Shown: positions 10,915 through 23,218 of the stretch, one piece after another | How the letters are laid out: each line of letters starts with the position of its first letter | Numbering within the stretch: the stretch's first letter is position 1 | Source: Mobula hypostoma | Taxonomy: Eukaryota | Direction of reading: 5' to 3' | NCBI RefSeq assembly: GCF_963921235.1 | Contig: NC_086109.1 | Span: forward strand, 3,784,001-3,848,000 | Length of the DNA: 64,000 bases | Notes under the pieces: generated by a model | What the model saw: the letters and a program-made list of their open reading frames with translations, nothing else | Databases searched by the model: none | Told to the model about the DNA's origin: nothing | Position numbers and translations under genes: made by a program

Positions 10915-12859
10915 GCTATCTAATTCTACAGGAATGAAACAGGAAAAATAAGTCTTCTCACCCACTTACCTCGCCAAACAGACGAACTTTAAACCGTTAG
11001 CTGTGAGAGACCTGCTGTTCCTGTCTGTCCGGTGTGGTGGAGGCTCGTGGTGGATGCACCCTGGAGGTATGTGCAGCGACAGTACTCCCATACTGCTGTT
11101 GGAGATGGAGATCCAGGATTTAGACCCAGTCATGTTGGGGGGCGAGTGATGAATTTCTAATGTAGACCTCCCCCAGTGGGGCCCCTATCTTGCTAACGCC
11201 ACTCTTCCCTGTTTGTCAATCCTTGCACAGCTATCTGCAGGTTTCCGGAGGGTCTCCATCTCACAGAATGTCCCCCTTGGACTGAATCAGAACTGCAATC
11301 AGACCCCGGTTTATTATCACACTGACGTAGAGTAGGTCATGAAACTTGCTGTTTTGTGACAGCGGTACAGAGCAACACATAAAATATACTATAAATATTG
11401 TAAATAAGAAACATATATATTGAAATAAATAAGTAATGCAAAAATAGTGAGGTAGTGGTCCCCTGATCTCCTGAATTACCAAGTGATTGCTTCGAGCCCA
11501 TGAGGCAATGATGATCTCCTGGAAATATGAGCTCCACTAGGACAGTAACAAAGGATTCTCTCTGTTCCTGGAAGAACATAAAGAAACTGTGCCGTAACAT
11601 TCATTTCTGAGGTATTGATCAAGTCCCATTCTCTTCTCACGTCACATCACAGAGGCTCCCCGACACAGTTTCAATGTTCTGAAGACACACACACGATGTT
11701 TGAGGGACAGTTTCTTCCCTTCCACCATCAGATTTCTGAACTGCCCACAAATCCATGAACACTACCTCTTTATGTGCTACTTAATTATATTATTAATTAA
11801 TGTAGCATATAGTAATTAAAAAAAAGTTTTACACTGTACTGCCGCAAAACATCGAACATAGAACATTACAGCTCAGTACAGGTCCTTCAGCCACAATGTT
11901 GTGCCACCATTTTAACCTACTCTAAGACGAATCAAACCCTTCCCTCTCACACAGCCCTCTGTTTTTCTATCATCCCTGGGCGTATCTAGGTGTTTCTTAA
12001 ATGTCCCTAAAGTATCTGACACCCTGCCTTCTGACCTTGTCCCTGGACTGAGTCCAAGTGGAGGTTCCATACTCTCTGCTGGTGCACAGCTTTATCAACA
12101 CTCAGAGTGGAATAAATCTGGAAGATCAGAGCTAGCAAGCTCAAGTCAAAGCCTTACACTGATTCACATCATTGAAGATTACATTAACCTGTCTTCTGGT
12201 GACTAATGTTTTAATCTAGAGTTGGACTAATAGGAAGTGTAGTAATCCCTTTATCAAGTTGACTGACTTTCACTACCTATTGTTCAGTACAATTTTGCTT
12301 CATAGAAACATAGAACATAGGAAACCTACAGCACAATACAGCCCCTTCGGCCCACAATGCTGTGCCAAACATGTCCTTAAGATGATCATACATTGCAGGG
12401 TGATTTAGAACGTGGAACGTCACAGCACAATACAGGCCATTCAGCCCACAATATTGTGCTGACCCTTTAACTACTTGAAGATCAAGATTCAGGATTTCAA
12501 ATTTATTTATTACATCAAAACATACAGAGAAATGAGTTACTTGCTTTAACACTACCTCACTATTTTTGCTCTCTTTTTGCATTACTTAAAAAAAAATCTG
12601 TCTTGGACATCCCCCCTCATCCTCTCCTCCAACCACCTTAAAAATGTGACTCTCTGGTATTAGCCATTTCTGCCCCGGGGAAAAGTCTCTGACTGCCCAC
12701 TCAGTCTATGCCTCTTAATTATCTTGTACACCTCTATCAAGTCGCCTTGAGAAACAACAAATTTCACAACATACGCCAATGATAATAAATCTGAGTCTGA
12801 TTCCTGTCCACATATTCTCCCCTTCCTGATATATAATTCTCTCCAACTCTGGTATTCCT

Positions 12860-13150
12860 TATCCCTTCCCATTCCAGTCTTGATCTAAAACACTCTGAAG
12901 TCTCCTTGCCTCCCTGTCATTATTCTCTCCTCCAGCCCTGTAACCCTCTAAATTTTTGCAATCCTCTAATCTGGCCACTTGAAAATCCCCAGTTGTAAAA
13001 TTGCTACAGGTGGTCTGGGCCCCAAATTCTGGACTCCTTTCCCTAACCCCTTCACTCCTGGACACATCTCACTCCGAAACTCCTTGAAACCTCCCCCTTT
13101 TACCAACATTGAGGCTCCTTCTCTGACCTTCGTTCACACCTTCTTCTCAG
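12860..13150 (+). mobile_element. Old L2-like LINE 3' fragment
   Basis: Degenerate sequence resembling the L2 ORF2 C-terminus (...CCCAAATTCTGGACTCCTTTCCCT...CTCCTTGAAACCT; LWNSLP...LKT-like). Confidence 0.45.
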
Positions 13151-13671
13151 TTTATCTTGTGTGATAGCTGTCTTGTGAGGTGTCTCGGACATCTTGCTCT
13201 GATGTAAGCAGTCCACAAACAGATGATACCCCCACAGCTTCCACGATTGAATGCTGACTGGCCAAAAATAAATGGCAAGTGTCCTCGTTCTTGGGTTTGC
13301 TGTCACAGTTCGATCTGGGAAGGGCAAATGATAAAGTTCAAATACATTTATTATCAAAGTATATATACAGTACTATGTACAATCTTGAGATTTGTCTCTT
13401 TACAGGCAGCCACAAAACAAAGAAACCCAATATTATGTGGAGATTTGTGACAAATATGATTATATGATATATATGTACAGTATCTGAAATACATCTTATG
13501 GAAATGTTTGTTTTTTTTGATGAAATTCGGTAAAAAATAAATTACAAAAGAAAAGAAAAGTCCACCAAACACCCAATGTGCCCAGAGAGAGAAAAAACAA
13601 ATAGCCCAAACAATAAAAGGAAGCAAATATCATTCAGAACTGAAGTTCACGAAAGTGAGTCCACAGACACG

Positions 13672-13788
13672 TGAGTCCCTCTTCCTTCAGTTAGTCCTGA
13701 CGAAGGGTCTCGGCCTGAAACGTCGACTGCGCCTCTTCCTATAGATGCTGCCTGGCCTGCTGCGTTCACCAGCAACTTTGATGTGTGT
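13672..13788 (+). mobile_element. Short Penelope-like pLTR insertion with 12-bp TSD
   Basis: TSD TCCACAGACACG at 13660-13671 and 13789-13800; nearly identical to 59253-59363. Confidence 0.8.
13693..13728 (+). ncRNA. Minimal type I hammerhead ribozyme (Penelope-associated)
   Basis: AGTC-CTGACGA-AGGGTCTCGGCCT-GAAAC-GTC-GACT: stem I AGTC/GACT, intact core, palindromic ACGT in place of helix III. Confidence 0.8.
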
Positions 13789-13977
13789 TCCACAGACACG
13801 AGGCCTGGCATTACTGCAATTGATTCAGGTGCAGAATTAGATGCTTGAGCTATGAATTGAAGAAGTCCGGCTCATTTGCAATGGATGCATGGGATCAGAT
13901 TGGGCAGGATAATGAGAAGTGGGACAAAAGCAGTCTAATTCCACAAGATACCTTGTTTGTATGGAAGGAACTCAACC

Positions 13978-14760
13978 AGAATCAGAATCAGGTTTAATAT
14001 AACCAGCTTATGTTGAGAAACTCGTTCTTATGCAACAGCAGTACATTGCAATACATAACAATAAAAAAACTGAAGTTGAAGTAAGTATACATGTATTTAA
14101 AAAGTTAAATTAAATAAGTAATGCAACAAGAGAACTAAAACTAATGGGGTAGTGTTCAAGGGTTCAATATCCATTCAGAAGTCTGATGGCAAAGGGGAAA
14201 AAGCTGTTCCCGAATCACTGAGTATGTGTCTTCAGGCTCCTGTACCTCCTTCCTGATGGGAGCACTGAGAAGAGGGTGTGTCCTGGGTGATGGGTGTCCT
14301 TAAATGATGGATGTCACCTCTTTGAGGCATCGCTCTGTTAAGATGTCCTGGGTGCTGGGGAGGCGGGTTCCCATGATGGCGCTGACCAAGTTTAGAACTC
14401 TCTGCAGCTTATTTCAATCCTGTGCGGTGGCTACCCCATACTAGATGGTAATGCAGCTAGCTCGAATGCTCTCCACAGTACAGTCTTTGGTGACATCCCA
14501 AATCTCTTCAAACTCCTAATGAAATACAGCTGCTGTCGTGCCTTCCTTGTAACTGCATCAAAATATTGATCCCAGGATGGATCCTCAGAGACTTCAATAC
14601 CCAGGAACTTGAAGTAGCTACTCTTTCCACTGCTGATCTCTCAGTGAGGGCTGGTGTGTTCCCTCCAACTACCCTTTCTGAAGTTCACAATCAATTCTTT
14701 AGTCTTACTGACGTTGGTGTTTCTGCACCAACACTCGACTAGCTGATCTATCTCGCTCAT
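13978..14760 (-). mobile_element. Rex1/Babar 3' fragment
   Basis: EIDQLVECWC...NVSKTKELIVNFRK; (AATCAG)n tail on the + strand at about 13978-13992. Confidence 0.8.
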
Positions 14761-15299
14761 GTAAGCTAGACGCCAGGGAGAGAAGGAACAGAGTCTCAAG
14801 GCCCTCCTACAGAAAATCCCAGTGTTCCAGCTCTCTCTGGTGTGGGGGGGGGGGGAGGGTCGCTCCATTATCATGGGAAATGCTGATTCATTTTGAGGTT
14901 TTTATTCCACTAAATGATTACATGTTACGTAATGTAGATTTAAAATGTTTAACAGATGGAAAAATTCACAAAAAAATTTGCCTGCAAACATTAATCTCAG
15001 GGTTGCATATGGTGACATTTATGTACTCTGATAATAAATATACTTTGACCTTTGACCCTGATATACTTAATATGATTTATTTACAATCTGGAGCTTTGTT
15101 TGATGAAATCCTGCAGCTGTTTGTGACCGTTGGAATGTTAAAGGCTAAAGACCAAAGATTAGCTTTCTTTGTCACGTAGAAACGTCGGAATATAGAGTGA
15201 AATGTGTTGTTTGTGTTAATGACCAACGTAGGCCAAGGATTGTGCTGGGAGCAGCCCACAAGTGTCACCAGACTTCCAGCACCAACGAGGCACGCTGAC

Positions 15300-15460
15300 A
15301 ATTTTCTAAACCCAACCCATATGTCTTTGGACTGTGGGAGCAAACCAGAGCACCTGGAGGAAGAACATACAGGTTCTCTACAGACAGTGGTGGAATTGAA
15401 TTGACGGTGATCACTGGTGCTGTAAAACACTGCACTAACCGCTGAGCTACCATACGCCCC
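15300..15460 (-). mobile_element. V-SINE fragment
   Basis: Reverse complement of the tRNA head and CTCCCACAGTCCAAAGAC. Confidence 0.7.
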
Positions 15461-16159
15461 TATTTGTTTGACTGTCCACTTGAGCCTTTAGGGAACCCAT
15501 TGCTTTCCCATTCTGGGTCAGTCTAACCCCGCAGAACCTTGGCCGGGAGATTTAGGCATTTGATCTAGGTTTCATTTTCCAGTTGTCTTAGCTTTCGCCT
15601 TTGGCAGCTCATTTGTTTGTTCTTATATTTAAGAATTTTTAGTAGCTTTGAGATTTTTCTCTGAACTCCCAAACACTCAATCTCAGGCTGACAAGCAGTC
15701 GTGTTGCTCAACTGTGCGAATGTGGATCATGGCAGTCCCCAGTTCTCCAAGTGACAAAATCAAGAAAGACAAGTTGATGTACTGATGGATAAAAGGAGAA
15801 TTTCTGTCACTTCCTGCCTATATCTGACTTTTAACTAAGTTAAAATTTGCCTACGCAAACTGTTTCTTTTCATTACCAAACATCTACACAAATGATTTTA
15901 ATAAAATGATAATATTGAAAAAGTTTAGGTATGAAGACTGACATGGAGGAGATTGCAGCAGAGATTCACCATGATAGATTTGTCAGTGATGATCTCAACT
16001 GAGAAAAGCTCCAGTTATGCAGAAAAAGGGGGTTTTATATTAAAATGAACACAATAGACATCTGTGACAGCTCAGAGAAAGTGTATGCATCTGAAGAAAG
16101 GGAAAAATTACTCAGTTTTTACAGTCTTGTGGTCACGTCTTCTTGTCAATCTCTGCGGT

Positions 16160-16590
16160 AGTCTATGAACAAGGAGCATTTGATGGCTCTGGGCCTGTAC
16201 TTGCTGGAGTTTAGAAGAATGAGGAGGAAATCTCATTGAAATCTACTGAATATTGAACGGCCTAGATAGAGTGAATGTGGGGGGCCTAGGTCCAGAGGGC
16301 ACAGCCTCAGAATAGAGGGATGTCCCTTTAGAACGGAGATGAGGAGGAATTTTTTTAGCCAGAGAGTGGTGAATCTGTGGAATTCATTGCCACAGGCAGC
16401 TGTGGTGACCACCATTGGGTATATTTAAAGTGGAGGTTGATAGATTCTTGATCAGTAAGGGTGTCAAAGGTAACGAACGGGGAGAAAGCAGGAGACTGGG
16501 ATTGAAAAGAATAATAAATCAGTCACGATGGAATAGCGGACTGGACTCAATGTGCCAAATGGCCTAATTTTGCTCCTATACCTTATGATC
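16160..16590 (+). mobile_element. CR1 3' fragment
   Basis: TTTAGCCAGAGAGTGGTGAATCTGTGGAATTCATTGCCACAG (FSQRVVNLWNSLP); 3' hairpin GGCCTAATTTTGCTCC. Confidence 0.85.
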
Positions 16591-16844
16591 TTCTGAAAAT
16601 CAACATTCTTTAAACTCAAATCTGCCCGTGAAATCAGGAATGGATGGTTAGGAGGTGTGTGGCAAATTGACTTCATGTTCACAAACGGCGCAAGGACTGT
16701 TATCAGTGAGCAGTCAACAGCTTTCCTCGAATGTTTTCTGTGAGACATTGTCATAAACAGTGATCTGCACAATTTGTCTGGGAGAAGGCAAGAGAATGGG
16801 GTTGAGAGGGATAATGAATCAGCCATTTTATGGTATTGCGGGTC

Positions 16845-17970
16845 ATCAGAATCAGGTTTATTATCACCGGCATGTGTCGTGAAATTTGTGAACTTAGCAG
16901 CAGTAGTTCAATGCAGTACAGAATATAGAAGAAAAAGAAAAAAATTAGTAATAAATAAATAAGTAGATCAATTACAGTATATGTATTTTGAATATATTAA
17001 AAATCATGCAAAAACATAAATAATATATTTAAAAAGTGAGATAGTGTTCAAGGGTTCAATGTCGATTTAGGAATCACATGGCAGAGGGGAAGAAACTGTT
17101 CCTGAATCGCTCAGTGTGTGCCTTCAGGCTTCTGTATCTCCTACCTGATGGTAACAGTGAGAAAAGGGCATGCCCTGGGTGCTGGAGGTCCTTACTAATG
17201 GACACTGCCTTTCTGAGACACTGCTCCTTGAAGATGTTCTGGGTATTTTGTAGGCTAGTACCCAAGATGGAGCCAACTAAATTTACAACCCTCTGCAGCT
17301 TCTCCATAACCAGTGGAGATGAAACTAGTCAATTCAAAGTTCAAAGCAAATTCATTATCAATGTGCATATATGTCACCATATACAACCCTGAGATTCATA
17401 TTTCATATTCTTGTGAGCATACTCAATAAATCTATAGAATATTAACTGTAACAGAATCAATGAAATACTGCCCAACTTGGGCCTACAACCAGAGTGCAGA
17501 AGACAACAAATTGTGCAAATACAAAATAAATAAACAAACAAACAAGCAAGCAATAAATATTGGGAACATGTGATGAAGAGGATTTGAAACTGAGTCCATA
17601 GTCCTGCCGAAGGGTTTTGGCCCGAAACGTCAACTGTTTACTTTTTTCCTAGATGCTCCATGACCTGCTGAGCTCCTGCAGCATTTTGTGTGTGTTCCAT
17701 AGGTTATGGGAACATTTCAGTGATGGGGCAAGTGAAGTTGAGTGAAGTTATCGCCTTTGGATCAAGAACCTGATGCTTGAAGGGTAATAACTGATCCCGA
17801 ACCTGGTGGCACGAGTCCTGAGGCTCCTGTATTTTCTTCCTGATGGCAGCAGTCAGAAGAGAGCATGTCCTGGGTGGTGGGGCTCCCTGATGATGGATGC
17901 TGCTTTCCTGCAACAGCCTTTCATGTAGATGTGCTGAATGGTGGGGAGGGCTTTACCCATGAGGGACTGG
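16845..17970 (-). mobile_element. Two Rex1/Babar 3' fragments; the second carries a Penelope pLTR insert (17602-17695, TSD TCCATAG)
   Basis: ORF 17074..17307 KLQRVV...HPGHALFSLLPSGRRYRSLKAHTERFRNSFFP; TSD at 17595-17601 and 17696-17702. Confidence 0.8.
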
Positions 17971-18119
17971 GTGATGATCACTGGATTCCAGAGATCATTA
18001 AACCAATAACTAAATCACAGTGAACTGTGAAGAAAAAGAATGAGAATTCAGGAAGCAACAGTGGTGTTGCAACAAGTAAAGTGACAGAGGAATTGATTAT
18101 AAGTGGAGCGGAGAGAACT

Positions 18120-18440
18120 TTACGCGAACACAAGCGAGGTTCTTGAGTGAGGTGTTGCTTCCCTGGCGCTAAGGTTGGGAACCTGCAGAGAGGCTGCAGG
18201 ATATTCTAAATGAAGAGGAAAAACAGCCAGAAGTCATAGTCCACGATGAGAGGGGCAAGATCCAGCAACACGGATTTAGAGAGCTGGGTCAGAGATTAAA
18301 GTTCAAAGTAAATTTAAAGAGCAGGAGCTCCAAAGACCATACCCCCTGAGTTATTCCTGGTACCTCGTGCTCGTGAATGTAAGAAAAGGGAGATGGATCA
18401 GGGGAACGTATTAAAGGAACGATGGATCATTTCAAATCAC
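18120..18440 (+). pseudogene. Degenerate CR1 ORF1 esterase fragment
   Basis: TGTTGCTTCCCTGGCGCTAAGGTT (CCFPGAKV), CAGCCAGAAGTCATAGTCCAC (QPEVIVH), GTACCTCGTGCT (VPRA). Confidence 0.6.
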
Positions 18441-18754
18441 AAGGACTTTGTGGTAGTACAGGGGAAAGCAATAAATTAACACAGAATAAAGTGTTACAGA
18501 AAAGTGCAGGCAGTTGGACAATAAGGTGCAAGGCCATAACAAAGTAGCCGAGAGGTCAATAGTACATCTTTAACATAGAACAGATCTGTCCTAGACTTTT
18601 ATAGTAGTGGGATAGGTGAGGTGCTGTTCTTCAGCCTAGTAGTGCGAATGTTCAAGCTTTGGTATTTCCTGCCCATTAGAAATTGGGGAGAAAAGAGAGC
18701 TTCTGTGATGACTTCGGTGGAGAAGAGAATTCTTCAGTGCACGGCATTATTGAA

Positions 18755-19563
18755 TTAAATTGACTTTATTACTTACATCCTTCATATACATGAGGAGTAA
18801 AGATCTTTATGTTACTTCTCCATCTAAATATGCAATGTACAACTTATAGTAATTTATAATAAATAGTATGTACAACAATATAACATAGAAATACAGTTGT
18901 GTCAGCATGAATTAATCAGTCTGAAGGCCTGGTGGAAAAAGTTGTCCCAGAGCCAGTTGGTCCAGGCTCTTATGCTGTGGTACCGTTTCTTGGATGGTAG
19001 CAGCTCGAGTAGTTTGTGGTTGGGGTGACTTGGGACCCCAATGATCCTTTGGGCCCTTTTTACACACCTGTCTTTGTAAACGTCCTGAATAGTGGGAAGT
19101 TCACATCTACAGATACACTGGGCTGTCCGCACCACTCTCTGCAGAGTCCCGCGATTGAAGGAAATGTAGTTCCTATACCAGGCAGTGATGCAGCTAGTTA
19201 GGATGCTCTCAATTGTGCCCCTGTAGAATGTTCTTAGGATTTGGGGGCCCATACCTAACTTCTTCAACCGTCTGAGGTGAAAGAGGTGCTGCTGTGCCTT
19301 TTTCACCACACAGCTGGTATGTACAGACCACGTGAGATCCTCAGTGATGTTTATGCTAAGAAACTTAAAGCTGTTCACCCTCTCAACCCCATATCCATTG
19401 ATATCAATAGGGGTTAGCCCATCTCCATTCCTCCTGTAGTCCACAACCATCTCCTTTGTTTTTGCAACACTGAGGGAGAGGTTGTTTTCTTGACACCACT
19501 GTGTCAGGGTGATAACTTCTTCTCTGTAGGCTGCCTCATTATTATTTGAGATTAGGCCAATCA
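18755..19563 (-). mobile_element. Rex1/Babar RT C-terminal fragment
   Basis: 220-aa ORF: WCQENNLSLSVAKTKEMVVDYRR...KKAQQHLFHLRRL...HPNHKLLELLPS...FFHQAFRLIN. Confidence 0.9.
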
Positions 19564-19589
19564 ACGAGGTGTTACTGGCTGAGTTCCAT

Positions 19590-19790
19590 AGATGTTGCTG
19601 GGTCCGGTTTGTTTGATGTGAAGATCCCTACTCCTGCTTTGTGTAATGTCAAGATTGTTGGTCTTGGTGAAAGTGATGTGAAGGCCCTCGTTCCTGGTGT
19701 GTAGAACGTAGAGGTTATTGGCCTGGTTGTGTGTAATGTGAAGGTCCCTGTTCCCAGTGTATGTGATATGAAGGTTGCAAAGGTCCTGAT
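19590..19790. repeat. Degenerate 30-bp tandem repeat, about 6 units
   Basis: Units start GATGTGAAG, AATGTCAAG, GATGTGAAG, AACGTAGAG, AATGTGAAG, GATATGAAG at 30-nt spacing. Confidence 0.75.
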
Positions 19791-20264
19791 GCTTGTCAGC
19801 CACATTTGGAAGCATCCTCTGCCCATCTACCCATTTACACAGCAAATGTTCGCAGGAACTGTGCACCAGAAGTACATTGGGTGACAAGCCTGGTAATTGT
19901 CCAGAAACATCAATAGCCCCCAAGCTTGGTGCACATTCATCGGACTCTACTTGCTTGTTAATTCATGAAAATGATGATATAGCTCTTTAAGATACAGAAC
20001 AGCCAGTATAAAGCCCTGGGGGGTGGGGAGCGCTTGCTAACTGCCTGGGCATATGAGAACCTGCTTGTTTGTCAGCTTCTGCTCACCTGTAAGTCCAGCA
20101 CTGAAAGACGACGACGGGAGAGAGCAGTCAAGTTCACTCAGCCGTTCCTGTTACCTACCAGCTGATGGTCTCTTGGTTGCCATAGCTTTCACCTCTGCCG
20201 GACACACACACACTGAAATGACCCAGTCATGAGTGGCCAGGAGTGAGATAAGTTCCATTTCCAC

Positions 20265-20670
20265 CATCCAGGGCAAGCTCTTTTCACACCGCTGCCATCA
20301 GGCAGAAGGTATAAGAGCCTCACGACTTGCACCACCGGGTTCAAGAACAGTTACTACCCCTCAACCATCAGGCTCTTGAATAGAAGGAGATAACTACACT
20401 CACTTTCCCATCATTGAAATATTCCTACAGCCAATGACCTCACTTTAAGGACTCTTAATCTCATTACCTCAGGTTCTTGTTATTTATTGCTATTTATGTA
20501 TATTTGTATTTGCACAGTTTGTTGTCTTCTGCACTCTGGTTGATCTTTCATTGATCCTGTTATAGTTACTATTCTATAGATTTGCTAAGTATGCCCACAA
20601 AAAATGAATCTCAGGGTAGTACATGGTGACATATATGGACTTTGATAATAAAATTTACATTGAATTTTCA
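20265..20670 (+). mobile_element. Rex1/Babar 3' end
   Basis: CTGCCATCAGGCAGAAGGTATAAGAGCCTC...TTCAAGAACAGTTACTACCCCTCAACCATCAGGCTCTTGAA plus 3' UTR. Confidence 0.8.
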
Positions 20671-22693
20671 AGTTTAATTGTCGTTCAATCAAACACGTGA
20701 ATACAGCCAAACGAAGCACTGTTCATATAGGGCCAAGGGGCAAAGCAGAGTACCAATGGCACACAGCTCACTACACATATCACAGGATGTCGGAGGCAAA
20801 ACTTCCCTGTTATCTCCAGCTATTGGTTTCTGCCACTGTTCAATATTTGTTCAATAGTGAACAGCTGTAGGTAGTATCTGACATTAACAGTTGTTCTTTC
20901 TTCAGGAAAGTGAGGTTGGAACTTGCTGACAGCAGAGCAAATCTGAGTGTGCTGTGATGGGCTGCTGACACCGCTGCTGAACACAGCAGCAATTTACTCT
21001 TCTCTCAGGGCACTCTGCATAAATTCTCCACTGTTTATCGTTGAGCCATTAGCAGTGTCGTCAGAGGGGCGTATTTAAAGAAAGCGCAGTTGAACCTGTG
21101 GAGATTTTTCTGTTTTATCTGACAGAGTGTTGTAGCTCATTAAAGAAATCTGTCAGAATGATGTAGGGCCGCACGTTACTGGACCACAGATACTCATCAG
21201 CTCTGGCTTAAGCCACAGTTTATCTTTCATCTTTACATTGTCACCCAAAGAAAATAACTCAATAAATACTGCACAGGACAAGGGAGCACAGTTTAAAAGG
21301 TACATACAGTGTAATACCATGCATTTGATTCACCCTGCTATTCATTTCAATTCATTAACGCACCTACAAATGATCAATTTCTATTCTGAAGTTTAATATT
21401 GTGCTGAAACTTTCCTTATCACCTGAAAATTCTTCATCAGAATGCTGGACCTCTCTTCATGGAAGCTGACGCACCTGAATCAGAATCGGGTTATACTTAT
21501 TTAGTATAAATAAATAAATATAAAATATAAGCGGAGGCAGTGTGGCGCGGCGTCTAGGCTGGAGTTGTTGCTGCCCCCTAGTGTTCACTGGGCAGAAGAC
21601 AAGCTACACTGTGGTCGACTGCAGATTTCTGTGGCATTCATGGACTCAGGGTCTGGACTATTTTTTTGTGTGGCTTTTTTTTTCACTGATATCTTACATG
21701 TGCTCACTACCTTGTTTGTGCTATGTGTGCTTTGTGCTGTGTGTGGCTGTTGGTACTGTGTTTTGCACCTTGGTCCCAGAGTAACACTGTCTCGTTTGGC
21801 TGTATTCATGTATGGCTGAATGACAATTAAACTTGAATTAGCAATATAGCACAGAGTAGGCCCTTCTGACCCTTCAAGCCAAGCCAAGCCCCCTGAGAAA
21901 CCCGACTGACCCTAACCTATTCTCGGGACAATTCACAATGACCAGTTAACCCACTCAATGTGCCTTTGGATTGTGAGAGGAAACCGGAGGACCTGGAGAA
22001 AACTGACACGTTGCACAGTGAGGACGTGTGGAGACCCACTGCAGAACAGCACCGGAACTGAACACACAACTCCAGAAAGCCCTGAGCTGTAACTGCATTG
22101 CCCTAACCACTGGGCTACTGTGGCACCCATCGCTCACTTACATGACAGGATACCGTTGCTTTGTGGCAGATGTACAGTAATATGCGAAAATTACGATAAA
22201 TTCCAAAAACGAAGCAAAGAGGTAGCATTCATAGGTCCATGGACCATTCAGAAATCTGATGGTGGAGGGGAAAAGGCTGTTCCTAAAATGCTGCATGTGG
22301 TCTGCGAGCCCCTATACCACCTGCCTGACGTTAATGATGAGAAGGAGGCATATCCCAGATGGCAATGATGGATGCCGCCTTCCTGAGGCACTGCCTTTTG
22401 AAGATGTCCTCGATGGGTTCTGTCCATGAGGGGGTTGGATCAGTCTACAACGAAGCCTGCCAAATATTTCAACTTTTTCTGCACTTGAGCCCAGATCCTC
22501 AGCATCTGCAGATCTTGATTTGATTTTCTTTGCAACCCTGCAGCTTCTCCCCTTTCCTCTCCCTCCATGAACAAATAACATTGGCACAATAAGTTGCTAA
22601 TCAGGTTATACCGGTGGGCAGCTGGGTCTGTTCTGTTTTTTAGGGAACTTGCAGTTCAGTGCTGTGATTACCCCACCCACACACTACCTTTGG

Positions 22694-22849
22694 CCAGGTA
22701 CCCGAGGGTGGGGGGCTGTGAGAGCTCACAACATTCCCCAAACAAGGATTACAACTGTCGTCTGGTTCAATCCAGGTACATGGGGGTGGGGGGCTGTGAG
22801 AGCTCACAACATTCCCCAAACAAGGATGACAACTGTTGTCTGGTTTAAT
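22694..22849. repeat. 78-bp tandem duplication (2 copies)
   Basis: CCAGGTAC...GGGGGGCTGTGAGAGCTCACAACATTCCCCAAACAAGGAT at 22694 and 22772. Confidence 0.92.
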
Positions 22850-22850
22850 C

Positions 22851-23218
22851 TCATCATTACCATCATCATCATCATTATGTGCCGTGTCATATGGTGCAGA
22901 AGATCAAGGTCTTTTACCATGATTGCTCTTGACAAATTTTCCCACAGAAGTAGTTTGCCATTGCCTTCTTCTCAGCGGTGTCTTTACAAGATGGGTGACC
23001 TCAGCCATTATCAATACTCTTCAGAGATAGTCTGCCTGGCATCAGTGGTTGCAGAACCAGGACTTGTGATCTGCACCAGCTGCTCATACAACCATCCACC
23101 ACCTGCTCCCATGGCTTCAGGTGACCCTGATCCGGAACTAAGCAGGAGCTGCCCCTTGCCGAAGGGTGACCTCCCTTACACCTCCTTTGGTAGAGACATA
23201 TCTCCATCCTGCCACCCA
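22851..23218 (-). mobile_element. RTE/BovB-related non-autonomous element, second copy
   Basis: Same sequence family as 4377-4695; (CAT)n tail on the + strand. Confidence 0.65.

Larger units (their letters stand above)
6905..11030 (-). mobile_element. Near full-length CR1 LINE (5' UTR, ORF1, ORF2, 3' tail)
   Basis: Continuous ORF1 and ORF2 homology with few disablements; (TCTTATGG)n-type tail at about 6905-6920. Confidence 0.93.
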
